From assembly GCA_029882525.1 (NCBI GenBank), contig JAOUKO010000003.1, positions 1-49,621 of the forward strand: DNA of 49,621 nucleotides, written 5' to 3'. The DNA is from Candidatus Aminicenantes bacterium (GTDB taxonomy: Bacteria > Acidobacteriota > Aminicenantia > Aminicenantales > Aminicenantaceae). Under the pieces are notes generated by a model, which was not told the origin of the DNA, made no database searches, and saw nothing but the letters and a program-made list of their open reading frames with translations. Made by a program: the position numbers and the translations under genes. Below, piece after piece: positions 35,606 through 46,257 of this stretch (the stretch's first letter is position 1; every line of letters starts with the position of its first letter).

Positions 35606-36652
35606 CCTAACCTCCCTGGAAGGGGAACAAGGTAAAGAAACACGGGGATAAGCGTTTAAATCCAGGTCTAGAGACGGTGTCATTCCCTTTTTGAGCTTCT
35701 CCAAAGCCAGGGCTGCCACCATGGCGGCATTATCGGTACAGAATTCAGGCGAAGGAACGGCAGGAGTCAAGCGCTGCTTCCGGGCAAACTCCTCGAAGTG
35801 ATGCCTGAGCTTTTTATTCCTGGCAACTCCGCCACAGAGAATGAGCGCCTTGGGTTTGAGATTCTCTGCGGCCTGAGCCAGGTTGGCCAACAGGGCCCGG
35901 ATCACAGCCATCTCGAAGCTGGCCAGAAAATCATAGAAATGAGGATGGCTCTTGGCAATCTTGAGTTCTTTAATCAGCTTTAAAGCCGCCGTCTTCAGCC
36001 CGCTGAAACTGAAGTCAAGGCTTCCATCTGTCATATGCGGCAAGCCAAAAACGAACTTCCGAGGGTCTCCTCTTTCGGCCAATTCATCAATAACCGGCCC
36101 TCCCGGATATCCCAGGTCAAGGAATTTGGAGATTTTATCCAGGGCTTCTCCTGCCGCATCATCTCGTGTTCTTCCGATGAGCCGATAATCCATCTTCTTC
36201 TTCATGAAAAAGGTGGAGGTGTGACCTCCTGAGGCGACAAGAGCCAAGGCGGGAAAGGGAATCCTGCGATTTTCAAGAAAGACGGATTCAATGTGGGCTT
36301 CGATATGGTCGACCGTGATCAGGGGTTTTCCAAAATAATAGGCCAGGCCTTTGGCAAAGGATAGGCCAACCAACAAAGAACCGATCAATCCAGGCCCCTG
36401 AGTCACGGCATAGGCATCGACATCCTCGAGCTTCAGCTTTGCCCGGCTTAAGCACTCCTGGACGACATAGATAATAGAGGTGATGTGCTGCCGTGAAGCC
36501 AGTTCAGGAACAACTCCTCCATAAGGAGCGTGGATCTCGTCTTGAGTGAGAACCACGTTGCCCAGTATCTTGAAATTTTCATCGAGGACCGAAGCGGAAG
36601 TTTCATCGCAGGATGTCTCAATTCCCAAGACACGCATCGTCTCTTTTCTCAT
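35603..36652 (-). CDS. tsaD: tRNA N6-adenosine threonylcarbamoyltransferase
   Basis: LGIETSCDETS, GGVVPELASRQH, GPGLIGSL, HIEAH, SGGHT, DDAAGEALDK, FSFSGLKT, TDNAAMVA. Confidence 0.97.
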   Translation of the reverse strand: MRKETMRVLGIETSCDETSASVLDENFKILGNVVLTQDEIHAPYGGVVPELASRQHITSIIYVVQECLSRAKLKLEDVDAYAVTQGPGLIGSLLVGLSFAKGLAYYFGKPLITVDHIEAHIESVFLENRRIPFPALALVASGGHTSTFFMKKKMDYRLIGRTRDDAAGEALDKISKFLDLGYPGGPVIDELAERGDPRKFVFGLPHMTDGSLDFSFSGLKTAALKLIKELKIAKSHPHFYDFLASFEMAVIRALLANLAQAAENLKPKALILCGGVARNKKLRHHFEEFARKQRLTPAVPSPEFCTDNAAMVAALALEKLKKGMTPSLDLDLNAYPRVSLPCSPSREVR

Positions 36653-36656
36653 CCTT

Positions 36657-37700
36657 TCACTTTTTGTATTTGTTGAGCAGTCTTTCCAGGCTTTTCGCGT
36701 AAGGCGGCCTGGATATCCCTTTCTCAGTGATTATGCCTGAGATGTAGCCAGCAGGAGTGACATCAAAGGCTGGATTCTCGACGCCGACATGAGGCAAGGT
36801 CACGCATCGTCCAGCGAACTCCCTGACCTCCTCAGCGCTTCTCTCTTCGATGGGAATCTGCTCTCCCTCAGACAGTCCCGGATCAATGGTACTTGTCGGA
36901 GCCGCGATGTAGAACGGGAGGTTATGTTCCTTGGCCAGGACAGCCAGAGTGTAGGTGCCGATTTTATTGGCCGTATCCCCATTGCGGGCGATCCTGTCCG
37001 CCCCGGTCAGGACCGCTGAGACCTCTCCCTTTTTCATCAGATGCCCGGCCATACTGTCCGTGATCAAAGTCACGGGAATCTTCTCTCTATCCAGCTCCCA
37101 GCAGGTGAGCCTTGCACCCTGAAGGAGAGGCCTTGTTTCATCCACGTAAACATGAATTCTCTTGCCTTCCTGGAAGGCTGATCGTATAACGCCCAGGGCT
37201 GTCCCGTATCCGGCTGTAGCCAGGTCTCCGGTATTGCAGTGCGTCAGGACAGAATCTCCGTCTTTAAGAAGGCTCTTCCCCCAGAAACCGATCTTCCTGT
37301 TGATCTCCACGTCCTCTCTCTCGATCGCCTCTGCCTCTTTGATCAATCTCCGCTGGAGCTCAGGGAAAGCAAGACCCCTGCTCTCATCGAAGGTTCTTTT
37401 CATCCTTTCCAGAGCCCAGAATAAATTGCGGGCCGTCGGCCTGGTTTTTTCAAGCCTCTTAAGAATCCGGGAGAACTCTTTTTCCAAACCCGTGTCACTC
37501 TTCATCCGGAGTAGGCCCAGAGCCGCTCCGTAGGCAGCGGCAACTCCGATAGCAGGAGCTCCCCGGATGACCATCTTCTCGATCGCCTCCGCCACCTGGT
37601 TGTATTCCCGGCACTCCACGTAGACCTCCTCATCCGGGAGCTTTCTCTGGTCAATCATCACCAGCCTGTCTCTATCCCACTTGACTGCTGGCAGCATCAT
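36657..37700 (-). CDS. mtnA: S-methyl-5-thioribose-1-phosphate isomerase
   Basis: IDQRKLP, IRGAPAIG, RPTARNL, THCNTG.LAT, ETRPLLQGARLT, ANKIGTY, NPAFDVTP. Confidence 0.95.
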   Translation of the reverse strand: MMLPAVKWDRDRLVMIDQRKLPDEEVYVECREYNQVAEAIEKMVIRGAPAIGVAAAYGAALGLLRMKSDTGLEKEFSRILKRLEKTRPTARNLFWALERMKRTFDESRGLAFPELQRRLIKEAEAIEREDVEINRKIGFWGKSLLKDGDSVLTHCNTGDLATAGYGTALGVIRSAFQEGKRIHVYVDETRPLLQGARLTCWELDREKIPVTLITDSMAGHLMKKGEVSAVLTGADRIARNGDTANKIGTYTLAVLAKEHNLPFYIAAPTSTIDPGLSEGEQIPIEERSAEEVREFAGRCVTLPHVGVENPAFDVTPAGYISGIITEKGISRPPYAKSLERLLNKYKK

Positions 37701-38581
37701 CCTTGCCTTTCCTTTTGCCAGGAAGGAGCCTCAGGACCCTTCCATTTCCATTTTTTCACCCACTCCATGTACTTCTCTCGAAAATCTTCCCACTCTTTTG
37801 AGGAGAGCTCTTCTTTCAACCTCTGGTAGCAATACACGATCTGGAGGTCATTATCCCTTAAAATCTCTTCTGTGGGGAGCCCGAGCTCTTTGGCCATCAA
37901 GGCTGACTCAAAGCTCTTCCCGTAGTCGGCGAGGTGGCTCAGGATCTGCGACCGGAGATAGTGGTAAAAACCACAGCTGAGGTCCTCATCAGAGAGCTTT
38001 TGGGCTGTCTTTAGGGCAGATGCCAAAAGCTTTTCTCTCTCCTTTCCCTCTTGATGAATTGCCTTCTTCAGCATCGCATCCGTGTATCTTTGGGCGGCCA
38101 GGATCGTAACGGGTGAAAACTTGGATTTTTCGATAAGGAAGATGTAGATCCTGAGCGATGAGTCCTCGACCCAGAGCTCCTCCAGCGAGAGAGCCAATCC
38201 CAAAAGAGAAACCTGCTGGGCCCATTCCTCGCCTTTTTCAAACCCATGGGAATGGGCAAGACGGAAACTCTCTTCAGCATCCTGCCAGAGTTTGAGCTTC
38301 AATTCGGTCATCCCCTTTAACATGTAAGCCTGGGATGAGGGGCGCTTCGAAACCTCATGCTCCGCTTCTTCCAGAGCTCTTTTGAAGGAGCCCAGGGCAT
38401 CTTCGGTCTGATAGAGTCGGGAATACTTCTGGCCCTGGGTGTAATGAAGTTTGGCCTCCCTAAGATGGGAAACGCATGAGGAGAATAAGGCAAAACAGAA
38501 CATAAATAGCAGGAGGAGGAAAAAATCCACAGGGCCTTTCTTCAATCCGACTGCTTTCTCCCGTGGGCACACCTTATCCAT
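37697..38581 (-). CDS. Hypothetical helical-repeat (TPR-like) probable lipoprotein
   Basis: Hydrophobic leader ending FSSC; TPR-like AYMLKGM...AEESFRLA; overlaps both neighbours. Confidence 0.65.
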   Translation of the reverse strand: MDKVCPREKAVGLKKGPVDFFLLLLFMFCFALFSSCVSHLREAKLHYTQGQKYSRLYQTEDALGSFKRALEEAEHEVSKRPSSQAYMLKGMTELKLKLWQDAEESFRLAHSHGFEKGEEWAQQVSLLGLALSLEELWVEDSSLRIYIFLIEKSKFSPVTILAAQRYTDAMLKKAIHQEGKEREKLLASALKTAQKLSDEDLSCGFYHYLRSQILSHLADYGKSFESALMAKELGLPTEEILRDNDLQIVYCYQRLKEELSSKEWEDFREKYMEWVKKWKWKGPEAPSWQKERQG

Positions 38582-39161
38582 TTTTACTCCTTACATGCTT
38601 TTTTATGATCTCAGCAATAACTTTCTGCACTTTTTCCTGCGAGATGAGTTCCAGGCTGAGGGATACCATCTCACCCGCAAAATCCTTCAGACCCCTGATA
38701 AGCTTGGATTGATTCTTTAACTCACTGATATCCTTTTCCGCCTGAATGACTTTCTGATCGAACTCCTTGACGATCTTTCTGTAATCGCCGGATTCCATTT
38801 CTTCGTGAAAAAGGGCTGAGAGAAAAGGATCTTCGAGCCCAAGGATGGGATAGAGCCTGGCAAACGATCCTCTTAAAGAGGCCATGTCTTTTTTTCTTAT
38901 TTCAGGTTCAAAACACCTCATCAAAGCGCGATTATCACTGAAGAAACTGAGGATAAAATCATCGGGTTTTAACTTGACGCGCTCTGGATCAAGCCAGACT
39001 TTCCAGGAAAAGATCTTCTCTTTCCATTCTTTTGTTCTTTTTATGGCCCAGAAGAGGGAAGCATTAAGAAGGGGGAAATAGAGATAACTCTGTAAAGGAA
39101 AGATTTTGGAGAGAAAGCTTATGCCGCTTTCCACCGTCTTTTCAAGAGAAGACTTGGGCAT
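38574..39161 (-). CDS. Hypothetical protein
   Basis: 195-aa ORF filling the gap after lepA; 8-bp overlap with the next gene; C-terminal coiled-coil character. Confidence 0.65.
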   Translation of the reverse strand: MPKSSLEKTVESGISFLSKIFPLQSYLYFPLLNASLFWAIKRTKEWKEKIFSWKVWLDPERVKLKPDDFILSFFSDNRALMRCFEPEIRKKDMASLRGSFARLYPILGLEDPFLSALFHEEMESGDYRKIVKEFDQKVIQAEKDISELKNQSKLIRGLKDFAGEMVSLSLELISQEKVQKVIAEIIKKHVRSKNG

Positions 39162-39202
39162 GGTAATATAATAAGAATTAAACCGGTTGGAGTAAAGAAA
39201 AA

Positions 39203-39314
39203 ATGGGGTCAGGGCTCGACATTAGACTTCAGATCATTAAGAAAATCAGAATATGAGTTCTTGAGCAAAGCAAGCAATGAATAAAAAATGTCTAATGTCG
39301 AGCCCTGACCCCAT
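39203..39314. repeat. Perfect 25-bp inverted repeat with 62-bp AT-rich spacer (REPIN-like)
   Basis: ATGGGGTCAGGGCTCGACATTAGAC (39203-39227) / GTCTAATGTCGAGCCCTGACCCCAT (39290-39314). Confidence 0.9.
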
Positions 39315-39333
39315 CTATTCTAAAGCCTGGAAG

Positions 39334-41124
39334 TCACTTAATCTCAAGTAGGGCAAGGAAAGCTTCCTGCGGGACCTCCACCTGGCCGATCTTTTTCATC
39401 CTCCTTTTACCCACCTTCTGTTTTCCCAGCAGCTTCATCTTTCTTGTGTAATCTCCTCCGTACAGTTTGGCCAGGACATCTTTCCTGTAGGGCTTGATGG
39501 TCTCCCGGGCAATCACCCTTTTGCCGATCGCTGCCTGGAGAGAAACCTCAAACTGCTGTCGGGGGATGAGCTCCCTCATCCTCTGGACAAGCGTCTTTCC
39601 CCGTGAATAAACACTATCTTCATGGACAACCAGTGAAAAAGCATCCACAACCTCCCTGTTGATCAAAATATCGAGCTTGACCAGTGGGGCTTCCCTGAAA
39701 CCTATAAACTCGTAATCCATGGACGCATAGCCCTGCGAAACCGATTTCAACTGGTTGTAGAAATCCACGACGATTTCGTTCAGAGGAAGATGATAAGTCA
39801 GGAAGATGCGCTGCGTGCTGATGTACTCCATTTTCTGCTGCTCACCGCGCCGTCTTTCCAGAAGCCTGAGGACAGAGCCCAGATATTTTTCAGGAGTGAT
39901 AATCAGGGCTTCGATGAGCGGTTCCTCGATCTTCAGAATCTCGTGAGGCGGAGGAATCTGGGAGGGGTTATGGAATTCCAATACCTGACCGTCTTTCCTG
40001 GTGACTCTGAAGTTGACACTCGGAGCAGTGGTGACCAGGTTCAGGTCAAACTCGCGTTCCAGCCGCTCCTGGATTATTTCCCTGTGAAGCAATCCTAAGA
40101 AGCCGCCCCTGAAACCCAATCCCAAAGCCGGCGAGTTTTCGGGTTCGTAATGGAAGGAAGAATCATTGAGCCTCAGCTTCTCCAGAGCCTTTCGCAAATC
40201 TTCCACACTGCTTTCTCCGGCAGGGAACATCCCGCAAAACACCATGGATTTCGCCTCCTGAAAACCGGGAAGGGCCAGGGAGGTCCTCCTGTATCTCTCG
40301 GTGACCGTGTCACCTATCCGGGCGTGGCTCAATTCCCTTATACCAGCGATCATGTAGCCCACTTCGCCTGTCTCCAATCGATTCACCTTCTTAGGCTTCG
40401 GTGTTAAATAGCCGAGTTCTTCGACTTCATAGGTGGCTCCGCTGGACATCAGCTCAACCTTGGCTCCGGTGCGGATAGCTCCTTCAAAAATCCTGACCAG
40501 GATGATCACTCCCCGATAGGAATCAAACCAGGAATCGAAGACCAGGGCTCTCAGAGGGGAATCTGGATCTCCATCCGGCGGCGGGATACGGCTGACGATA
40601 TTTTCCAGGACCTGGTCGATACCCGTTCCTTTCTTTGCGCTCACCAGAATCGCTTCCTCCCTGTCTATGCCGATGATGTTTTCCATCTGTTCCAGAGTGA
40701 GCTCCGGGCTGGCTTGATACAGGTCTATCTTGTTGATGACAGGAATAAGCACAAGGTCATTCTGGAGGGCAAGATAGGTATTGGCCAATGTCTGGGCTTC
40801 AACTCCTTGAGAGGCATCAATGACCAGGAGTGCGCCCTCACAAGCAGCCAGACTCCGCGAAACTTCGTAGGTGAAATCCACATGCCCTGGAGTATCGATC
40901 AAGTTGAGGAAGTACTCTCTTCCGTCTTCGCTTGTATACAGGAGCCGGGCTGTCTGAGCTTTTATGGTGATTCCCTTCTCCCTCTCCAGGTCCATGGTAT
41001 CCAGCACCTGGTCTTTAAATTCCCGGGGAGAGATCGCCCCGGTTCTCTCCAGGAGCCGGTCCGCTAAGGTAGACTTCCCATGATCAATGTGGGCTATAAT
41101 CGAAAAATTCCTGATATTTTCCAT
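39334..41124 (-). CDS. lepA: Elongation factor 4 (LepA)
   Basis: [49 protein letters not shown]; start at ATG 41124. Confidence 0.98.
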   Translation of the reverse strand: MENIRNFSIIAHIDHGKSTLADRLLERTGAISPREFKDQVLDTMDLEREKGITIKAQTARLLYTSEDGREYFLNLIDTPGHVDFTYEVSRSLAACEGALLVIDASQGVEAQTLANTYLALQNDLVLIPVINKIDLYQASPELTLEQMENIIGIDREEAILVSAKKGTGIDQVLENIVSRIPPPDGDPDSPLRALVFDSWFDSYRGVIILVRIFEGAIRTGAKVELMSSGATYEVEELGYLTPKPKKVNRLETGEVGYMIAGIRELSHARIGDTVTERYRRTSLALPGFQEAKSMVFCGMFPAGESSVEDLRKALEKLRLNDSSFHYEPENSPALGLGFRGGFLGLLHREIIQERLEREFDLNLVTTAPSVNFRVTRKDGQVLEFHNPSQIPPPHEILKIEEPLIEALIITPEKYLGSVLRLLERRRGEQQKMEYISTQRIFLTYHLPLNEIVVDFYNQLKSVSQGYASMDYEFIGFREAPLVKLDILINREVVDAFSLVVHEDSVYSRGKTLVQRMRELIPRQQFEVSLQAAIGKRVIARETIKPYRKDVLAKLYGGDYTRKMKLLGKQKVGKRRMKKIGQVEVPQEAFLALLEIK

Positions 41125-41184
41125 CTGAAGAAGATAATTATATCTCAAAAATTGGGAAGGTTCTATTTTTCTTTTTTCAAGAGT

Positions 41185-41354
41185 AAGCATCTTCTATGAT
41201 GGGAAATATCTGACTAATTGAGAAGTGCAGCGACGCTTCTACTCCATCCGAAGCCCATGGTGGAGGGTGGGAGGGTCTTGGCTAGGATGGAGGGGAACCG
41301 TCGCTGTAACAGATTACACCTTCATTATTAATTGTCACGGAAATAGAGATGCTT
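41185..41354 (-). mobile_element. Repeat family B copy 3 (inverted relative to copies 1 and 2)
   Basis: AAGCATC...GATGCTT termini; reverse complement aligns with 22144-22321. Confidence 0.8.
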
Positions 41355-41510
41355 CTTTTTTAAGAGGAAGAATACCCTGATCTACGGGCATTAAAGCGAA
41401 CGGGAATGCCTGCGGGATTTAATACTGACTTGACTTTTCCCCTTGACTCGAGTAACTTTTCTAAGAGTAGTCAAGATAAATAAGACCTTGATCCTCAATA
41501 GGAGGCTTTA

Positions 41511-41714
41511 ATGTTTTTACTGGGACCTGTCGGACCGATGGAACTTCTGCTCATCGTTTTGATCATTATCATCATATTTGGTGCACGGAGACTTCCAGAA
41601 CTCGGAAAATCCTTAGGTGAAGGGATAAAGAATTTTCGAAAATCCATAAGCGGCAAAGAAAAAAACACTGAACCCCCTTCAGATAAACCGCAGCCCCCAG
41701 CCAAGGAAGAATGA
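41511..41714 (+). CDS. tatA: Twin-arginine translocase subunit TatA/E
   Basis: AGGAGG RBS; [35 protein letters not shown]. Confidence 0.95.
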   Translation: MFLLGPVGPMELLLIVLIIIIIFGARRLPELGKSLGEGIKNFRKSISGKEKNTEPPSDKPQPPAKEE

Positions 41715-41837
41715 GCGGTAACATTGAGAATTCTGCTCATGAACGTAAAGATGAAAACGGAAATTTCCTTTTTATAAATCTCCCTGCCAAAAAAATCCAC
41801 CCTTTTCTGCTATCAACCTGACCGGGAAAAAGCTGAA

Positions 41838-42749
41838 ATGTCTCTTTATGCCGGGTTCGACCTTGGAGGTACCCAGCTCAAATACGGCCTAATAGACTCC
41901 AAGGGGAAAATACTCGTTCAAGAGAAAACAGCCACACCCTCCACAATCCAGGGACTTATCCAGCTTCTGGAAAGGATTTGGGATGCTTTGAGGAGCAGAG
42001 AAAAAAGACGCATAGAGGCTGTCGGCTTTGGATTTCCGGGAATATTCAGCCTGGAGGAACAAAAAATCCTTCAATCTCCAAACTATCCTGAACTGGACAA
42101 TTTCGACCTCATTCCTGCTCTTTCCAGATTCATAGAGGTCCCCTTATGGGTGAATAACGACGCCAACATGGCTGCTTTCGGAGAATACAAGCTTGGAGGC
42201 GGCAAGGGAGCTCAAAGCCTGATCTTCTTGACCATCGGCACAGGCGTCGGGTCAGGTATCATCCTCGAGGGAGAGCTCTGGCGGGGCAAATGCGGTTTTG
42301 CTGGAGAACTGGGCCATGTGACTGTCAACCCGGACGGAGAAATCTGCAACTGCGGAAGCCAGGGCTGTTTGGAGACAGAGGTCTCAGCTTCCAAGATCGT
42401 GAAGAACTACGCGGACATGAAAAAAAAGGAAGAAAAAATATCAGCAGAAGAGGTTTATCGACGCGCAAAAAGTAATGACGGACATGCCCGTGAGGCCTTT
42501 GCTCTGGCAGGTCACTTTCTGGGAAGGGGCCTGGGAATAGCCATCAATTTGATCAACCCGGAGAAGATTCTTCTGGGTGGCGCCGTCATGGCCGCGGGTG
42601 AATTTCTCCTTCCTGCTGCTCTTGATGAGGTGAAGAAAAGGTCTTACAAGGCCGCTCTCCAGTGCTGCAGTATTGAGAAAGCCACTCTCGGAAATAAAGC
42701 TGGCTTTCTGGGAGCAGCCCTCTGGGCCAAAAAACAGAACAAAGGATGA
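41838..42749 (+). CDS. ROK family sugar kinase (glucokinase-like)
   Basis: DLGGT, NNDANMAAFGE, TIGTGVGSG, GELGH, CNCGSQGCLE; no N-terminal HTH. Confidence 0.9.
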   Translation: MSLYAGFDLGGTQLKYGLIDSKGKILVQEKTATPSTIQGLIQLLERIWDALRSREKRRIEAVGFGFPGIFSLEEQKILQSPNYPELDNFDLIPALSRFIEVPLWVNNDANMAAFGEYKLGGGKGAQSLIFLTIGTGVGSGIILEGELWRGKCGFAGELGHVTVNPDGEICNCGSQGCLETEVSASKIVKNYADMKKKEEKISAEEVYRRAKSNDGHAREAFALAGHFLGRGLGIAINLINPEKILLGGAVMAAGEFLLPAALDEVKKRSYKAALQCCSIEKATLGNKAGFLGAALWAKKQNKG

Positions 42750-42869
42750 GATATGGCATCCTCACCTGAAAAGTTTTATCTCCACACATTCTTCCTGTCT
42801 TTCTTATCCCTTAATCTGGAATATGTCCACTCAATGTATGGCGCTCCTGGAATCGACAAATCATCATAA

Positions 42870-42944
42870 AAGCATCTTCTGTGATGAGGGAACATCTGAC
42901 CTAATGGAGAAGTGCGGAGACGGTTCCTCTCCATCAGAAGCCCC
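42870..42944 (-). repeat. Repeat family B, partial copy 4
   Basis: AAGCATCTTCTGTGATGAGGGAACATCTGAC..GAGAAGTGCGG..CCATCAGAAGCCC matches 41185-41256. Confidence 0.75.
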
Positions 42945-43064
42945 AAGCTTTCCTTGAATCTTGACTCTTACAAGGGAGTCTATTATTGTATGAAGTTGAA
43001 TCTAAATTTGAGGAAAAGGAGTTATTCCCTATAAAGACACGGAATAAAGAGCCGATCCAGAAGG

Positions 43065-46000
43065 ATGAGTGAAAGAAGGAGGCACGAAGTGGTCAGGAAG
43101 ATATTCAGGTCATTTTGGATAATCATTTTCATCATGGGATTCACCTCGCTTTCTTTGGCCTACACCACTACAGGCACTTTAAAAGGAAAGATAATCGACT
43201 CCGAAGGACTTCCCTTACCCGATGCTTTCATTTACTTGTCCTCACCGGCCATGCTGGGGATCCGGATTTACATCACTTCAGAGACGGGCAATATCTTTTT
43301 CCCGTATCTTCCGCCGGGGATATACAGAATCATGGTGGAAATGCCCGGGTTTAAGACAATCTCCGTTGAAAATGTCATCATCAGGGCCGGCAAAACCATC
43401 GACCTCCATATCCCCATGGAGATAACTACGATCGAAGAAGAAATCTCAACAGAAATTCCCACTCCTACCCTGGATGTGTATTCAGTAAAAACTGCGACTA
43501 GTATAGAACAGGAGTTTCTCAGCCATATTCCTTTTCCCCGAACCCTTGAGGACGTTATCGCTTCGGCTCCAGGCGTCATCACGGAGAGAGTTCCCTTCCA
43601 AAAAAAGTCCTTCCTGCACGGCTCCCCTTCCAGCGCCAACACCTATAGCTATGAAGGCTTTTCTATGAGCGACTCTGCGGACCGCCATCTTCTTGTTAAC
43701 CTTAATGTTGATACCTTCGAAGAGATAGAAGTGGAGGCCGCAGCTCATCCTGCAGAGGCCGGGCTGACTGACGGTGGATTCATCAACATCGTGACAAAAT
43801 CCGGAAGCAATAAAATGGATGGATCCATCAATATCTATCATACCAGCGAAAATCTCTCCAGCTCACTCAGGCCTGAGGACGAACTCAGCGGAGCGGGCAT
43901 CTCCCCGCCTGCAATCGATAAAGGGCTATGGGACACCTCTCTCTCCCTCAGCGGCATGATATTCGAAGATATCGTCTGGTTCTTTGGAAACGCTCGCATC
44001 ATCTCCCAGAAACAGAGCACCCCTTTCATCCCCTGGACCGATCCTCTCGGGAACGAGCATCCGGCCTTTAACAGGACCAATGAAGATATAATGGGATCTT
44101 TTAAGCTATCCGGTCGATACATCCCTCAGCTCAACTCAACGCTCCTCTTCAACTACAGCAACCGCTATCGTTCAGTCTATGAGTCTGGATTGGACTGGAA
44201 TACCCCCGAAGAGTCGACTCATATTTCTGACCGTGAAATAAACTACACCGGCATCGGAATAGTCAGTTATGCCCTTGACCAGAACACATACGCTGAGCTC
44301 AAAGCTGGCTACACCTACCACAAACTTCCTCTTCGCCTGAAAGAAAGCCAAATCGGGAATCCGCAGTACTTCGATGCTGGAACAGGGCATCCCTGGGGAA
44401 ATGTGGGATTCAACGAAAACAGGCTGCAGAGAAAATTTCAGGCCACAGCCTCCATAACGCGATTTCAGGAAAGCATCTTGGGAGGAGACCACGAACTCAA
44501 AGCCGGTGCCGAATATGAGTATGCATTGAGAGAGAGCTCCGTATGGAGAATAAACAACCTGTTCATTAACTACTTCTTCGGGAATCAGAATTACTTCGGA
44601 CAGGATGTTTCTCCCTCCTCCGGCTTTCTCGTGGATAAGGGACTGGTTTCTTTTTTCCTCGTCGGCGGAAGCCAATCAGAGTCCAATCCCCAAAACGAGC
44701 TCCATCGTTTTAGTTTTTACGCCCAGGACTCAATGACATTCCTGAAGAGGCTGACTATTTATCTGGGACTCAGGTTTGATAGAAGCCAAAGCGAGCTCAC
44801 ATCTCATACAAAATCACAGAGCGGCAATTACGTCTCTTACAGTATCGGCGAAAACATCATTGAATCCGTCCAAGACATCAATCCTTATGACGAAGTATCC
44901 ACCCCAAGATGGAAGAACGTGATAGTCTGGAACACCCTCTCCCCTCGGGTTGGGTTGAGCTTCGACATCTTTGGAAAGGGAAGATCCGTCCTCAAAGCTT
45001 CCTTCGCGCGCTACAAAGAAGCTCTCCTCCTGGACTATCTTACCGATCTGAATCCTGTCAATCCTTACCGGTCTCATCAGTTTATCTGGTTCGACGAGGA
45101 TATGGACAGCGAGGTGGATGGTACAGATACATATGTCCCTTATCCTGATGACTTTCGCCTGTATTCCGCAGACAACTACAAAAGGCAAATCGCTTCGGGG
45201 ACCCACCCTCCCTACACAGACGAATGGACCGTCGGACTTCACCAGGAACTCTTCCCTGATTTCTCCTTCCGTGTGAGCTACATTCACAAGGCCACAAAAA
45301 ATATCCTGGCAAGCGTCCTCTATGCCTTAGACCAGGACAGGGACTGGTACACCGCCGAGCAGGATGAGGAAAATTGGTGGGTGCCTTTTAATACCATTGT
45401 CCCGGGTGTAGATGATTTTTCCGATACGCCAGTCACCGTGTATTACTTATCGAATAATGCACCTGACCTTTTTTACAGAATAAAGAATGTACCGGAGCTC
45501 GAACATAATTACCAGGCGGTTGAGGTTGCCTTCACAAAAAGAATGTCTCACAAATGGCAGCTCAGCGGCTCTGTTGTTTTCAGCAAGACAACAGGGAACA
45601 CAGGTTTGAACTTCGATGGATACTCCGGATTTTCGCTAGCCCGGCGAGATCCCAACTCTTTTGTCAACCTTCCTGAGGATTCAAGGCTTGGCTATGATAC
45701 ACCCCTTTCCGTAAAATTAATGGGAACCTTCGAAATTCCCCTCGGTTTCTTCCTGAGCTTCTATTACAGATATTTGAGCGGGTCTATCTGGACCAGGAGT
45801 GTCACCATCACCCCCCCCTCAGCCTGGACTCAATCGAATGATGCCTTCAGCATGCCGGTGACAGTCCTTCTGGAAAAACCTGGGGAAAGAAGGACCGAAC
45901 CCTACAGCACATTAGACCTGAGAATCGAGAAGAAATTCAGGGCAGGCCGCTCAGGGTCCCTGAGTTTTTATGCAGACATCATGAACGTTTTTGGTTACAA

Positions 46001-46154
46001 ATCTGATTTTCTCCACCAAAACGACGGAGGCTTCTGGTTTCCAGACGATGAAAACACCGATCAAGGCACACGGATCCAGAGCTCAAGCTACAGGAACATC
46101 ACCTCACTACTCGGGATAAGGACACTCAGATTATGCCTTCGCCTCAATTTTTAA
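43065..46154 (+). CDS. TonB-dependent receptor with N-terminal carboxypeptidase-regulatory-like domain (Oar-like)
   Basis: GTLKGKIIDSEGLPLP, LPPGIYRIMVEMPGF, GGFINIVTKSGSN, LSPRVGLSFD, C-terminal Phe. Confidence 0.9.
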   Translation: MSERRRHEVVRKIFRSFWIIIFIMGFTSLSLAYTTTGTLKGKIIDSEGLPLPDAFIYLSSPAMLGIRIYITSETGNIFFPYLPPGIYRIMVEMPGFKTISVENVIIRAGKTIDLHIPMEITTIEEEISTEIPTPTLDVYSVKTATSIEQEFLSHIPFPRTLEDVIASAPGVITERVPFQKKSFLHGSPSSANTYSYEGFSMSDSADRHLLVNLNVDTFEEIEVEAAAHPAEAGLTDGGFINIVTKSGSNKMDGSINIYHTSENLSSSLRPEDELSGAGISPPAIDKGLWDTSLSLSGMIFEDIVWFFGNARIISQKQSTPFIPWTDPLGNEHPAFNRTNEDIMGSFKLSGRYIPQLNSTLLFNYSNRYRSVYESGLDWNTPEESTHISDREINYTGIGIVSYALDQNTYAELKAGYTYHKLPLRLKESQIGNPQYFDAGTGHPWGNVGFNENRLQRKFQATASITRFQESILGGDHELKAGAEYEYALRESSVWRINNLFINYFFGNQNYFGQDVSPSSGFLVDKGLVSFFLVGGSQSESNPQNELHRFSFYAQDSMTFLKRLTIYLGLRFDRSQSELTSHTKSQSGNYVSYSIGENIIESVQDINPYDEVSTPRWKNVIVWNTLSPRVGLSFDIFGKGRSVLKASFARYKEALLLDYLTDLNPVNPYRSHQFIWFDEDMDSEVDGTDTYVPYPDDFRLYSADNYKRQIASGTHPPYTDEWTVGLHQELFPDFSFRVSYIHKATKNILASVLYALDQDRDWYTAEQDEENWWVPFNTIVPGVDDFSDTPVTVYYLSNNAPDLFYRIKNVPELEHNYQAVEVAFTKRMSHKWQLSGSVVFSKTTGNTGLNFDGYSGFSLARRDPNSFVNLPEDSRLGYDTPLSVKLMGTFEIPLGFFLSFYYRYLSGSIWTRSVTITPPSAWTQSNDAFSMPVTVLLEKPGERRTEPYSTLDLRIEKKFRAGRSGSLSFYADIMNVFGYKSDFLHQNDGGFWFPDDENTDQGTRIQSSSYRNITSLLGIRTLRLCLRLNF

Positions 46155-46257
46155 TTCACTGCGTTTTTTCTTGAATCATCGTGATTATGACACGATAAGC
46201 CTGATCCCTCATGAAGCCGGAATGCCTAAGGTTCTTTAATATTTACTGACCCGCTTC

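Noticed and set aside
41381-41420. Small imperfect hairpin CGGGCATT...AATGCCTG upstream of tatA
   Set aside because: Single, short and not clearly assignable to any repeat family or regulatory motif
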